A DNA stretch of 63,986 nucleotides, counting the filler, from Licmophora abbreviata (Eukaryota): NCBI GenBank assembly GCA_900291995.1. It is 17 parts of 17 records of this genome, joined end to end, with 100 filler letters (N's around TTAATTAATTAA, not from the genome) between each part and the next. Parts side by side here need not be neighbours in the genome. Positions count along the whole stretch, not along the records: positions 44,151 to 55,520 come from OLMU01001088.1; positions 55,621 to 58,721 come from OLMU01001089.1; positions 58,822 to 61,498 come from OLMU01001092.1; 14 more parts are not named here. One strand, given 5' to 3'. This document shows, piece by piece, positions 51,415 to 60,711 of this stretch; within the stretch, counting starts at the first letter, position 1, and each line of letters opens with the position of its first letter. The position numbers were made by a program, and so were the translations under genes. The notes below the pieces were generated by a model that was not told the origin of the DNA, ran no database searches, and saw nothing but the letters and a program-made list of their open reading frames with translations.

Positions 51415-54239
51415 TGCCCCACCTTCCATTCCAGATGGTCGGGGCCTTGACCCACCGGGGATTTGATCGCGTCAAAGCCGGGCTGGCTTTCGGCCGGTGC
51501 TTTGGCCTTTTCGATCTTCACGCGCAGATCGAACCACGCGGCCTGCCCGGTCACCGGATCGGAATTCGCCCAACGCAGCCCGTCACCCTTGGGCGGCAAC
51601 AATTCGTGGATCAGGTGGTTCAGCAAGAACCCCTTGGTCGCCTCCGGTGCATCCTTGTCCAGCGCCCATGCGCCCTTGCGCTTGCCGATCGCGTTCCATG
51701 TCCAGACGGTGTTTTCGTTCAGAGCGGCCATATGCGCCACCGGAACCGTGATCTCGCCATGGGCCGAGGTCACGCGCGCCCAGTCCCCATCGGAAAAGCC
51801 GTTCGCCTCCCACAATTTGGTGGGAAGGTAGAGGGGGTTATGGCCGTGGATCTGGCGCAGCCACGCGTTCTGACTGCCCCAGCTGTGATACATGGCCATA
51901 GGTCGTTGCGTCAGCGCGTGAACCGGGAACTCGTTCGTATCGACGCTGCCATCCTCGAACGGGGCATACCAGATCGGCAGCGGATCGAGTGTTTCGCGAA
52001 TGCGCGCACGCAGGTGATCCGGCGGTTGCCTGTCGCCATGCCCTTCGGCGGCCAGTTGGAACCGGCGCAGCGGCTCGGCGTAAAGGTCGAAGATGTAATG
52101 CTGCGGGCTGTCATACAGCCCCAGCTCAACGGCCCAGTCCTGATAGCCGGTGTTCCAGGGTTTGTAATAGGCCGCGGCATCGGGGATATGCTTGATGAAG
52201 AACCCGCCATTGTCGATGTAGTTCTGCAGCTGATCCTTGTTCGGTGCGCCGCGCCCGTCACTGGGGCCGTCCTCGCCGCCGCGCCAGCCGGCAAGCGGGC
52301 CGATGCCGGGCTTGCGTTCGTGATTGGTGATGTAATCTGCGTAATCGGCGTATTTCTGGCTGCCATCGGAATTCACGAAGCCCGGCAGGTTCAGTTTCGC
52401 GCCCAGTTCGCACAGCACCGACTGGAAGCCGCGCACGTCGCGATCCGGCTGTACCACGGGCCAGCGGATCGCATCCGCCGCCGCATCAGCCTCACAGATC
52501 GGACGATCCAGCAGGCTGATGCAGTCATGCCGTTCAAGATAGGTCGTGTCCGGCAAGATCAGGTCGGCATAGGCCACCATCTCCGAGCTGTAGGCATCCG
52601 AATAGATGATGCGCGGGATCACGTATTCGCCGCTGTCATCCTTGTCGGTCAGCATCTCGATCACGCCGCGCGTATTCATCGACGAGTTCCACGACATGTT
52701 CGCCATATACATGAACAGCGTATCGATCTTGTAGGGATCGCCCGCATGCGCGTTTGAGATCACCATATGCATCAGCCCATGCGCCGACATGGGATTTTCC
52801 CATGTATAGGCCTTGTCGATCCGCGCGGGGCTACCATCGTCCTTCAGCGCCAGATCGTCCGGCCCATGCACATAGCCCAGATGCGGGCCATCCAGCGGCT
52901 TGCCGGGCGTCACCTTGCAATGGGGCTTGGGATGGGCGCTGACCGGCTTGGGATAGGGCGGCTTGAATCGGAAGCCCCCCGGTACCTCGACCGTGCCCAG
53001 AAGGATTTGCAGCATATGGAGCGCGCGGCAGGTCTGGAACCCGTTTGAATGCGCCGAGATCCCGCGCATCGCATGGAAGCTGACGGGGCGGCCCTTCATG
53101 ACCTTGTGGGTCTCGCCGCGGAAATCGGTCCATTCGTGATCCAGCACGATTTCCTCTTCGAAGGCCACGCGCGCAAGTTCGGTGGCAATCGTGCGGATCT
53201 TGTCAGCGGTGACGCCACAGCGTTCAGCCACGGCCTCGGGTGCGTATTGCGGATCAAGATAGCGTTCGGCGATCAGATGCATGACCGGCTTGTGTGTGAC
53301 ACCGCCATGCCGATGGGTCGCCGACAGATCGGGCTGCACACCCTTTTGATCGAACGGCGTCAGCTTGCCGGTCTTGCGGTCGATCACCAGCGTTTTGCCG
53401 TCCTCGTCGCGCATCAACAGCCCGTGCTCGGCCGAGTCCGGGTCCATGTTCACCAGAACAGGCGCATTCGTGTAGCGCGCCAGATAATCCAGATCGATCT
53501 TGCCTGAGCGCAGCAGCTCGTGCACCAGCGCCAGGATGAACAGCCCGTCAGTGCCCGGTGTGATACCGACCCATTCGTCCGCCACCGCGTTATAGCCCGA
53601 GCGGATCGGGTTGACCCCGATCACCTTCGCACCGCGTGCCTTGATCCGACCGATCCCCATCTTGATGGGGTTGCTGTCATGGTCCTCGGCCACGCCGAAG
53701 ATCATGAACAGCTTGGTATGATCCCAGTCTGGCTGACCGAATTCCCAGAACGCGCCGCCCATCGTATAAATGCCCGCCGCGGCCATGTTCACCGAACAGA
53801 AGCCACCATGGGCCGCATAATTCGGCGTGCCGAAATTCTGCGCCCAGAAACTGGTGAAGCTTTGCGACTGGTCGCGGCCCGTGAAGAACGCCAGCTTTTC
53901 GGGGTTCTCGGCCCGGAGCGGCGCGAGCCAGCCTGTCGCGATCTCAAGCGCCTCGTCCCACGAAATTTCCTCGAACTCGCCCGATCCGCGCGGTCCCACC
54001 CGTTTCATCGGCGCACGCAGTCGTGACGGCGCGTTGTGCTGCATGATGCCCGCACTGCCCTTGGCGCACAGAACGCCTCGATTGACGGGATGATCCCGGT
54101 TGCCTTCGATATAGGCGACCTTGCCATCCTTCATATGGACATTGATGCCACACCGGCAGGCACACATGTAACAGGTGGTCTTGCGAACCTCATCCGACAC
54201 TTTCGGCGAGGTATCGAGTTTTGGCTGATGATGCGTCAT
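51411..54239 (-). CDS. soeA: Sulfite dehydrogenase molybdopterin subunit SoeA
   Basis: TTCYMCACRCG, LCAKG, AAHGGFCSVN; no Tat signal; downstream of xsc-pta. Confidence 0.87.
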   Translation of the reverse strand: MTHHQPKLDTSPKVSDEVRKTTCYMCACRCGINVHMKDGKVAYIEGNRDHPVNRGVLCAKGSAGIMQHNAPSRLRAPMKRVGPRGSGEFEEISWDEALEIATGWLAPLRAENPEKLAFFTGRDQSQSFTSFWAQNFGTPNYAAHGGFCSVNMAAAGIYTMGGAFWEFGQPDWDHTKLFMIFGVAEDHDSNPIKMGIGRIKARGAKVIGVNPIRSGYNAVADEWVGITPGTDGLFILALVHELLRSGKIDLDYLARYTNAPVLVNMDPDSAEHGLLMRDEDGKTLVIDRKTGKLTPFDQKGVQPDLSATHRHGGVTHKPVMHLIAERYLDPQYAPEAVAERCGVTADKIRTIATELARVAFEEEIVLDHEWTDFRGETHKVMKGRPVSFHAMRGISAHSNGFQTCRALHMLQILLGTVEVPGGFRFKPPYPKPVSAHPKPHCKVTPGKPLDGPHLGYVHGPDDLALKDDGSPARIDKAYTWENPMSAHGLMHMVISNAHAGDPYKIDTLFMYMANMSWNSSMNTRGVIEMLTDKDDSGEYVIPRIIYSDAYSSEMVAYADLILPDTTYLERHDCISLLDRPICEADAAADAIRWPVVQPDRDVRGFQSVLCELGAKLNLPGFVNSDGSQKYADYADYITNHERKPGIGPLAGWRGGEDGPSDGRGAPNKDQLQNYIDNGGFFIKHIPDAAAYYKPWNTGYQDWAVELGLYDSPQHYIFDLYAEPLRRFQLAAEGHGDRQPPDHLRARIRETLDPLPIWYAPFEDGSVDTNEFPVHALTQRPMAMYHSWGSQNAWLRQIHGHNPLYLPTKLWEANGFSDGDWARVTSAHGEITVPVAHMAALNENTVWTWNAIGKRKGAWALDKDAPEATKGFLLNHLIHELLPPKGDGLRWANSDPVTGQAAWFDLRVKIEKAKAPAESQPGFDAIKSPVGQGPDHLEWKVGQ

Positions 54240-54367
54240 CCGGCTTCCCCTGCTGTTCAACGCCTGCTTATGGCAGTTTGAACCGCCCGGCGATATTGTT
54301 TTCGACTCTTTCGCGTTATCCGCATGTCTGTTCCGCGAAATCCGATGATGTCAGGCGATCGTTCCTG

Positions 54368-55378
54368 TCATGACCGGTCAAGCGCCTGAAGAACCGTCAC
54401 GGCGATCATCTGCGTCACGTCCTCGGCCACGCAGCCTCGCGACAGATCGTTTGCCGGTTTGGCCAGCCCCTGAAGCACCGGGCCGATCGCTGAATATCCT
54501 CCCAGCCTCTGGGTCATCTTGTAGCCGATATTGCCTGCATCGAGATCGGGGAAGATCATCACGTTCGCCTGTCCCGCGATGGTCGAGCCCGGCGCTTTGG
54601 TTGCGGCCACGGATGGGACGAAGGCTGCATCGAACTGCAATTCCCCGTCGGCGTTCAGATCCGGATGCTCTGCGCGCAGATGATCGAGAGCCTCGGTCAC
54701 CTTGCTGACACGCGGGTGCCTGGCGCTGCCCTTGGTGGAAAACGACAACATCGCCACTTTCGGATCCTCAAGCAGCAAAATCCGGCACGAGCGCGCTGAC
54801 GCCGCCGCGATCGAGGCAAGCTCGATAGGGCTCGGATCGATCACAAGCCCGCTGTCGGAATAGACCATCGCGCGGGCATGGGGCGTCGCATTGGTTGGCG
54901 GGTACATCAGAAAGAAACTGGACACGAGAGCCGCATCCGGCGCCTTGCCGATAACCTGTAGCGCCGCTCGGACCACGTCCGACGTCGTCGCTACCGCGCC
55001 GCCCACCGTGCCATCGGCCTGACCTTCACGGACCAACATGGCGGCAAAGACAAGCGGGGACAAAACCGCCTTGCGCGCAGCCTCGGCATCAACGCCCTTG
55101 TGGCGGCGCAAGTCTTCGAACACGGCGGCAAACCCGTTTGTCAGGGGCGAGGTCGCGGGATCTTCGACCGAGACACCATCGCCCTCCGTAGCACCCTGGG
55201 CCTCCAATTCCTTCCGCACGGCCGCCGCATCCCCGACAAGGATAACATCGGCAAGACCCTGTCTTTGCGCGGCCAGCGCCCCCGCGACGACGCGGGGGTC
55301 ACTGCCTTCACTCAAAGCGATCTTGCAACGGGTCGCAAGCGCCTGTGACAGCAACAACTCCGAAGGTGTTTGTGTCAT
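54368..55378 (-). CDS. pta: Phosphate acetyltransferase
   Basis: MLSFSTKGSA, DGELQFDAA, FPDLDAGNIGYK, NDLSRGC. Confidence 0.93.
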   Translation of the reverse strand: MTQTPSELLLSQALATRCKIALSEGSDPRVVAGALAAQRQGLADVILVGDAAAVRKELEAQGATEGDGVSVEDPATSPLTNGFAAVFEDLRRHKGVDAEAARKAVLSPLVFAAMLVREGQADGTVGGAVATTSDVVRAALQVIGKAPDAALVSSFFLMYPPTNATPHARAMVYSDSGLVIDPSPIELASIAAASARSCRILLLEDPKVAMLSFSTKGSARHPRVSKVTEALDHLRAEHPDLNADGELQFDAAFVPSVAATKAPGSTIAGQANVMIFPDLDAGNIGYKMTQRLGGYSAIGPVLQGLAKPANDLSRGCVAEDVTQMIAVTVLQALDRS

Positions 55379-55400
55379 GCGCTTGCCCCTGTCTTTTGCG

Positions 55401-55626
55401 TTACGCGACCTTCTGGGGACGCATATCGTCCGGGCTGATACCTGCGACGGCGACGGGTTTTTTCATGGCGTCGCGGCGGAAGGGTTCGCCGAGTTCCTGG
55501 TTGATCATGGCTTCGATGAGNNNNNNNNNNNNNNNNNNNNNNNNNNNNNNNNNNNNNNNNNNNNTTAATTAATTAANNNNNNNNNNNNNNNNNNNNNNNN
55601 NNNNNNNNNNNNNNNNNNNNCTTCAT
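55401..55626 (-). CDS. xsc: Sulfoacetaldehyde acetyltransferase; only the first 2 and last ~40 codons are visible, the rest lies in the gap
   Basis: C-terminus MINQELGEPFRRDAMKKPVAVAGISPDDMRPQKVA; AGGAG plus ATG AAG at 55626; position between tauR and pta. Confidence 0.85.
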
Positions 55627-55679
55627 CGGTATTTCTCCTGCACATGAGACGGGGCCGGGGGTCCGGCGTGGGCGGAAAC

Positions 55680-55711
55680 TAGGCCGGGGGGGGATTTGGC
55701 AGTAGGGCCAG
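55680..55711 (-). promoter_or_regulatory. Possible TauR direct-repeat sites upstream of xsc
   Basis: Minus strand CTGGCCCTAC...CCGGCCTAG about two helical turns apart; loosely like the CTGGACYTAA TauR repeat. Confidence 0.35.
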
Positions 55712-55734
55712 AATCGGCGGTGCGATAATGCCAG

Positions 55735-57198
55735 TCAGCGAAGGTGCGCCAACTCCTCGGCCAGAATGGCGATCCCTTCGGGAATCCGCTCGGATGGGAT
55801 CGAGGAATAGGCCAGCCGGTAGTAATCCTGAGGGGCGTTCGGGCCACGAAAAAAAGGTCGTCCCGGCTCGATCAGGACGGAGCGCGCCCGCAGGCGGGCG
55901 TCCAGCTCTTCGGTGTTCACACCTTCGGGCGCGCGCATCCAGATCGACGAGCCGCCAAAGACGCCGCGCCCCTCGACATCAAGGCCGTGCTGGCCAAGCG
56001 CCTCTTCCATGACCTTGCGGCGACGGGCGAAGACCTGCCCCATGCGCCGGATCAGGCTGTCGTAATGCCCGAGGCTGAGAAAATAGGCCGCCGTGCGCTG
56101 AATATGGCCGGGGGGATGGCGCAGCACGCTGGCGCGCAGCGCCCGGCATTCGCGGATGAACTGGCGCGAGCCGACCAGATAGCCCAGCCGAAGCCCGGGA
56201 AAGATCGACTTGGAGAAGCTGCCGACATAGATCACCCGACCATCGGTATCGAGGGATTTGAGCGCCGGAAGCGGCGAGCGCAGGAACGAGATTTCGAACT
56301 CGTAATCGTCTTCGACGATCAGGGCGTCCATCTCGCGGGCCTTGTCCAGAAGCGCCCTGCGCCGGTCCATCGGCATGGTCGCGTTGGTGGGCGCCTGATG
56401 GCTGGGCGTGGTGAAGATCACATCGGCATGGGCGGGCAGATCGGCGGGCGGCAGCCCGTCGCGATCCACATCGACCGAGGCCAGATAACAGCGCGACTGG
56501 GTCAGGATATCGCGCAGCGCATGATAGCACGGCTCTTCGATGGCGGCTGTGCGCCGCTGGGTCAGCAGAACCTGCGCGGTGAGCCAGAGCGCGTTCTGCG
56601 CGCCCATGGTCACAAGCACCTCGTCGGGCTGTGCGAGGATACCGCGCCGGGGCAGGGTATGGCGCAGGATGAATTCGATCAGCTTGGGGTCATCCTGATC
56701 GTAATAATCGGTGGTCAGGGCCTGAAAGTCCTTTTGTCCAAGGGCTTGCAGCGCGCAATGCCGCCAGTTCGCATGATCGAACAGCGTCGGATCGGTCTGA
56801 CCGTAGATGAAGGGATGGCGGTAGCGCGACCAGTCCTGCGGCTTTTCGGGCGTGCTGCCGCCGGTGTAGCGGCGGCCGAGGGCGCGCGACCAGTCGATCA
56901 CATCGCCACCGACATGACGGGCATCGAATTGTGGCGGCTCGGGTGCGTTGTCGGACACGAAATAGCCGGAGCGATCCCGCGATTCGAGATACTCGCTGGC
57001 CTGCAGTTCGGTATAGGCGAGGGTCACGGTGATGCGGCTGACACCGAGGTGCTTGGCTAGTTTGCGGGAGCTTGGCAGCTTTTCACCCTTGCGGAATCGG
57101 CCCGAGAGGATGCCCTCGGCGATCATCTGCTGAATCTGCGCCTGAAGCGTGCCTTCGGCGTTGGGATTGAGGAAAAAGGTTTCGACCGAGATTGCCAT
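55735..57198 (-). CDS. tauR: MocR-family (GntR HTH plus PLP aminotransferase domain) regulator TauR
   Basis: LPSSRKLAKHLGVSRITV, TPSHQ, EDDYE, GSFSK..FPGLRLGY; adjacent to xsc. Confidence 0.85.
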   Translation of the reverse strand: MAISVETFFLNPNAEGTLQAQIQQMIAEGILSGRFRKGEKLPSSRKLAKHLGVSRITVTLAYTELQASEYLESRDRSGYFVSDNAPEPPQFDARHVGGDVIDWSRALGRRYTGGSTPEKPQDWSRYRHPFIYGQTDPTLFDHANWRHCALQALGQKDFQALTTDYYDQDDPKLIEFILRHTLPRRGILAQPDEVLVTMGAQNALWLTAQVLLTQRRTAAIEEPCYHALRDILTQSRCYLASVDVDRDGLPPADLPAHADVIFTTPSHQAPTNATMPMDRRRALLDKAREMDALIVEDDYEFEISFLRSPLPALKSLDTDGRVIYVGSFSKSIFPGLRLGYLVGSRQFIRECRALRASVLRHPPGHIQRTAAYFLSLGHYDSLIRRMGQVFARRRKVMEEALGQHGLDVEGRGVFGGSSIWMRAPEGVNTEELDARLRARSVLIEPGRPFFRGPNAPQDYYRLAYSSIPSERIPEGIAILAEELAHLR

Positions 57199-57212
57199 GC
57201 TGCCAGACTATA

Positions 57213-57245
57213 CTGGACTTATCGCGCTGGCAATCTGGTCTGGTC
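57213..57245 (+). promoter_or_regulatory. Possible TauR autoregulatory site
   Basis: CTGGACTTAT at 57213 (9/10 to CTGGACYTAA) and CTGGTCT 22 bp later, directly upstream of tauR. Confidence 0.45.
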
Positions 57246-57293
57246 ATGGGCGCGTGGCGCGGATGCAGGCCGCGAATCGGTGATATCAATCTG

Positions 57294-57390
57294 ATTAACA
57301 ACGAAAAACCCGCTTCGGCATCGCGTCGGTATAACGTCGGTATCGCGTCGGTATCGGCACCGCAAAAGGCCGGGGTTAACAGGGCGCGCG
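57294..57390 (+). repeat. Dispersed intergenic repeat family A, copy 3
   Basis: TTAACAACGAAAAACCCGC-TTCGGCATCGC-GTCGGTATAAC-GTCGGTATCGC-GTCGGTATCGG...GGGGTTAACAGGGCGCGCG. Confidence 0.85.
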
Positions 57391-57459
57391 CAGAAGGTCG
57401 TCCTGTTTGGCCGGTGTTTGGTACGAAACTTTCCCCGGATCGCGCCCCGATCTGGTGGA

Positions 57460-58050
57460 TCAGCCCAAGGCGATGACGGCGCCTGCAAGGCTGGTCATGC
57501 CGCCAAGGACGCGGAGCAACAGCCCGGACCCGTTTTGCAGGGCGCGGGCGAACAGAAGGGCGATCACCAGCCCGACCGCGTGAAGACCGGCGGTGGCCAG
57601 TGCGAACCCCGCGCCGAATTGCATCGCCGCAGCGCTGCCGAGTTCGCCGCCATGGGCGTGACCGTGAAACAGCGCCAAGACGGCGACAGCCGTCATGGCC
57701 CAGCCTGTTGCCGGGCGCAGCGCCAGCGCAACCACCACCCCCAGAAGGATGATCGACGCGAGGATCATCGGTTCCACGAAGGGCAGAGGCAGACCAACAA
57801 GGGCCAGTCCGAACCCGATCAGCATGGCGCCGACGAAGGCCGAGGGCACCTGCCAGATGGCGCGCCCGCCGATCTGTGCGGCCCAGAGACCGACGGCGAT
57901 CATGGCGAGCACATGATCGAGGCCGAACAGCGGATGGGTCGCGCCGGCGAGGAATGAGCCGTATTCCCCCGGTGGCAGATGCGCTGCAGCGGGTGTGGCG
58001 GCCATAAGAATGGCCAAGGGCGGGGCGGAAAGCAGGATACGCGGGGTCAT
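57460..58050 (-). CDS. HupE/UreJ family Ni/Co transporter
   Basis: Signal peptide then His; HPLFGLDHVLAM, FHGHAHG, TAGLH. Confidence 0.9.
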   Translation of the reverse strand: MTPRILLSAPPLAILMAATPAAAHLPPGEYGSFLAGATHPLFGLDHVLAMIAVGLWAAQIGGRAIWQVPSAFVGAMLIGFGLALVGLPLPFVEPMILASIILLGVVVALALRPATGWAMTAVAVLALFHGHAHGGELGSAAAMQFGAGFALATAGLHAVGLVIALLFARALQNGSGLLLRVLGGMTSLAGAVIALG

Positions 58051-58171
58051 GTGGCTCCTTGATGGGTCAGCCGGCGCCTCGGGATGAGTCGCGCCTTGGG
58101 TCAGGACAGCACCTGTCTGGTGAGAATGCAAGGCGCACGGGACATGGACAAGGGGCAAGGCCCCGCACAAT

Positions 58172-58201
58172 AAAAAGCCCCGGCGGTGTAACGCGCCGGG
58201 G
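58172..58201 (-). terminator. Rho-independent terminator after tpa
   Basis: Minus strand CCCCGGCG-CGTTACAC-CGCCGGGG-CTTTTT. Confidence 0.75.
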
Positions 58202-58235
58202 AGTAGGGAAGAGGTGGCGTGAACCCGTGTACCGG

Positions 58236-58721
58236 TCAGCCGAAGACTTTGGTCAGTGCCTTGTCGGTTGCCTCGACGATCTGGTCGATATCGCTTTTGG
58301 TGGCGATCAGGGCGGGCGAATAGCACAGCGTGTTGTTGAGGCCGGGGATCGAGCGGTTGGTCACGCCGATCACCACGCCTTGCGCCATACAGTCGGCGAC
58401 GACGGCCTGCGCCTGCTTTTCGGGCACCGGTTCCTTGGTGCTGCGGTCGGCGACCAGTTCGGCGCCGAGGAACAGCCCCTTGCCGCGCACCTGGCCGATC
58501 ACGGCATGCTTGTCCTGAAGCGCGCGCAGCTGGTCGATCATGTAGTCGCCCATGGCCACGGTGTTGTCCAACAGCTCTTCTTCTTCGATGATGGCCATGT
58601 TTTCGAGCGCCGCTGCCGGGCCTGCGGTGCAGCCCCCGAAGGTCGAGATGTCACGGAAGTAATCGAGCGGGTCGGTCATGTCTTCCTTGAACATGTCGAA
58701 GACCTTTTCGTTGGTCACGCA
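58236..58721 (-). CDS. tpa: Taurine--pyruvate aminotransferase, 3' fragment
   Basis: Class III aminotransferase C-terminus YFRDISTFGGCTAGPAAALENM, VRGKGLF, GVTNRS; taurine gene context. Confidence 0.82.
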   Translation of the reverse strand, partial: CVTNEKVFDMFKEDMTDPLDYFRDISTFGGCTAGPAAALENMAIIEEEELLDNTVAMGDYMIDQLRALQDKHAVIGQVRGKGLFLGAELVADRSTKEPVPEKQAQAVVADCMAQGVVIGVTNRSIPGLNNTLCYSPALIATKSDIDQIVEATDKALTKVFG

Positions 58722-58821
58722 NNNNNNNNNNNNNNNNNNNNNNNNNNNNNNNNNNNNNNNNNNNNTTAATTAATTAANNNNNNNNNNNNNNNNNNNNNNN
58801 NNNNNNNNNNNNNNNNNNNNN

Positions 58822-59412
58822 ATCGAGCGCAATTTCGGCATGGCGCGGCCCGAAGGCTATCGCAAGGCGATCCGGCTGATGGAAATGGCCGACAAGTTCG
58901 GCCTGCCGGTGGTCACGCTGGTCGACACGCCTGGCGCCTATCCCGGCAAGGGCGCAGAGGAACGCGGCCAGTCCGAGGCGATTGCCCGCGCGACGGAAAA
59001 ATGCCTGCAGATCGGGGTGCCGCTGGTCAGTGTCATCATCGGCGAGGGCGGATCGGGCGGGGCCGTGGCCTTTGCCACGGCGAACCGTCTGGCGATGCTG
59101 CAGCATTCGATCTATTCGGTGATCAGCCCGGAAGGCTGTGCTTCGATCCTGTGGAAAGATTCCGAGAAGATGCGCGAGGCCGCCGAGGCGCTGCGCCTGA
59201 CCGCGCAGGATCTGATCAAGCTGGGGGTGGCGGACCGGGTGATCGACGAGCCGCTGGGCGGCGCGCATCGGGGCCGCGAGGCGACGATCACGGCGGTCGG
59301 CAAGGCGATTGCGGGGATGCTGGCCGATCTGGACGGCAAGGACCGCGAGGCGCTGATCCGGCACCGCCGCGAGAAATTCCTGAACATCGGCAGCAAGGGT
59401 CTGGCCGCGTAA
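58822..59412 (+). CDS. accA: Acetyl-CoA carboxylase carboxyltransferase alpha subunit, 3' fragment
   Basis: [45 protein letters not shown]. Confidence 0.95.
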   Translation: MERNFGMARPEGYRKAIRLMEMADKFGLPVVTLVDTPGAYPGKGAEERGQSEAIARATEKCLQIGVPLVSVIIGEGGSGGAVAFATANRLAMLQHSIYSVISPEGCASILWKDSEKMREAAEALRLTAQDLIKLGVADRVIDEPLGGAHRGREATITAVGKAIAGMLADLDGKDREALIRHRREKFLNIGSKGLAA

Positions 59413-59450
59413 GCGCGATGATAAGCGGTGCAAGGGGGGCATAGGGCGCA

Positions 59451-59526
59451 GGGGGCCAGCCCCCGCCGTTGAAATCCTTGGGGGATTTCAACGCCTCCCC
59501 CGGGATATTTTCAGCCAGAAGAAACA
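59451..59526 (-). repeat. Dispersed palindromic intergenic repeat family B, copy 2 (inverted)
   Basis: Reverse complement nearly identical to 13861-13940; internal stem CGTTGAAATCC/GGATTTCAACG. Confidence 0.85.
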
Positions 59527-59543
59527 CGCAGCCCAGGGCGGCC

Positions 59544-60707
59544 TCAGCGCGGGGCTTGCGCCTTGCGGATGGCGATCAGGGTGGCGACCGGGCCGATCAG
59601 TTCGAAGAGGACCGTTGTGGCGATGGTCAGGCCGAGGATCATGTCGGCCCATTGCGGAAATTCGCGCCCGGCCACCAGCGCCATGCCCACGGCGACACCC
59701 GCCTGCGGCAGAAGCGCCGGGCCATACCAGGGACGATGGGCGCGCGGCGCGCCTGCGAGGCTGGCCCCGAGCCAACCGCCGAAGAGGCGCGCGGCGATGC
59801 GCAGGATCACATAGGCCAGCCCGATCAGCCCTGCTTCGGCCAGTTGGTCGGGCTTGAGCGAGGCGCCGGCCAGCAGGAAGAACAGGATCATGAAGGGCCA
59901 TTGGATATGTTCGATCTCATGGAAGGCGCGCCCGTGGTGGCGGGCCGTGTTGGCGATCACGCAGCCTGTGGTGATGCCGGCCAGAAGAAAGGACACCTCG
60001 GCCCAGATCGACAGCCCTGCGACCAGAAAGACGATCCCGAGCGCCTCGGTCAGCATCGGCTCGCCCTTGCGGAGCCGTCCGGTGAGATAGGCCGAGGGCA
60101 GGCCGATCAGGGCGCCGATGGCGAGCGCGCCACCGATCTCCCATGCGGCATCGCCCAGCATGTGCAGGCTCATCGTGCCGGTCAGCCCGAGCGCCAAAAC
60201 GACGGCCAGTGAAAAGGCGATGAGGCCCCAGGCGTCGTCGATGGCGACGATGCCCTTGAGCTCGTCCACGAAGGGGCCGCGCGCGCCGCTTTGGCGGATC
60301 GCGTCCTGCGTGGCGGCGGGATCGGTGGCGGTGGCGATCGCCGCCAGAAGAAGGGCCGCGGCGAGCGGCAGGCCGGCGAGCCAGAGGCCCAGCGTCACCA
60401 CCCCCACGGTGCCGAGCACGGTCATCAGCGAAATCCACAGGATCGGGCGGCCATGTCTGGACAGGGTCTTGCGGGTGAGCGAACTGCCGAGCACGAAAGC
60501 CACCATGGTCAGGGCTGTGACGGACAGAAACTCGTAAAGCGCCTGAATTTCCGAGGGGATGAGATCGAACCCGGCGCTGCCGACGGCAACGCCGCAGGCC
60601 AGAAGCACGGTGACCCGAGGCAGGCGGGTGCGGCGCCCGAAGGCATCCGCGGCAAGCCCTGTCAGAAAGAGCGCCCCGAGCGAGATGAGCAGGACGGGCA
60701 GATCCAT
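59544..60707 (-). CDS. Cation:proton antiporter
   Basis: About 12 TM; TATDPA, IDDA, PQAGVAVG. Confidence 0.88.
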   Translation of the reverse strand: MDLPVLLISLGALFLTGLAADAFGRRTRLPRVTVLLACGVAVGSAGFDLIPSEIQALYEFLSVTALTMVAFVLGSSLTRKTLSRHGRPILWISLMTVLGTVGVVTLGLWLAGLPLAAALLLAAIATATDPAATQDAIRQSGARGPFVDELKGIVAIDDAWGLIAFSLAVVLALGLTGTMSLHMLGDAAWEIGGALAIGALIGLPSAYLTGRLRKGEPMLTEALGIVFLVAGLSIWAEVSFLLAGITTGCVIANTARHHGRAFHEIEHIQWPFMILFFLLAGASLKPDQLAEAGLIGLAYVILRIAARLFGGWLGASLAGAPRAHRPWYGPALLPQAGVAVGMALVAGREFPQWADMILGLTIATTVLFELIGPVATLIAIRKAQAPR

Positions 60708-60711
60708 CGGA

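Noticed and set aside
58051..58235. Cobalamin riboswitch upstream of hupE/ureJ
   Set aside because: No recognisable B12-box or core motifs on the minus strand; only about 120 bp remain after the tpa terminator.
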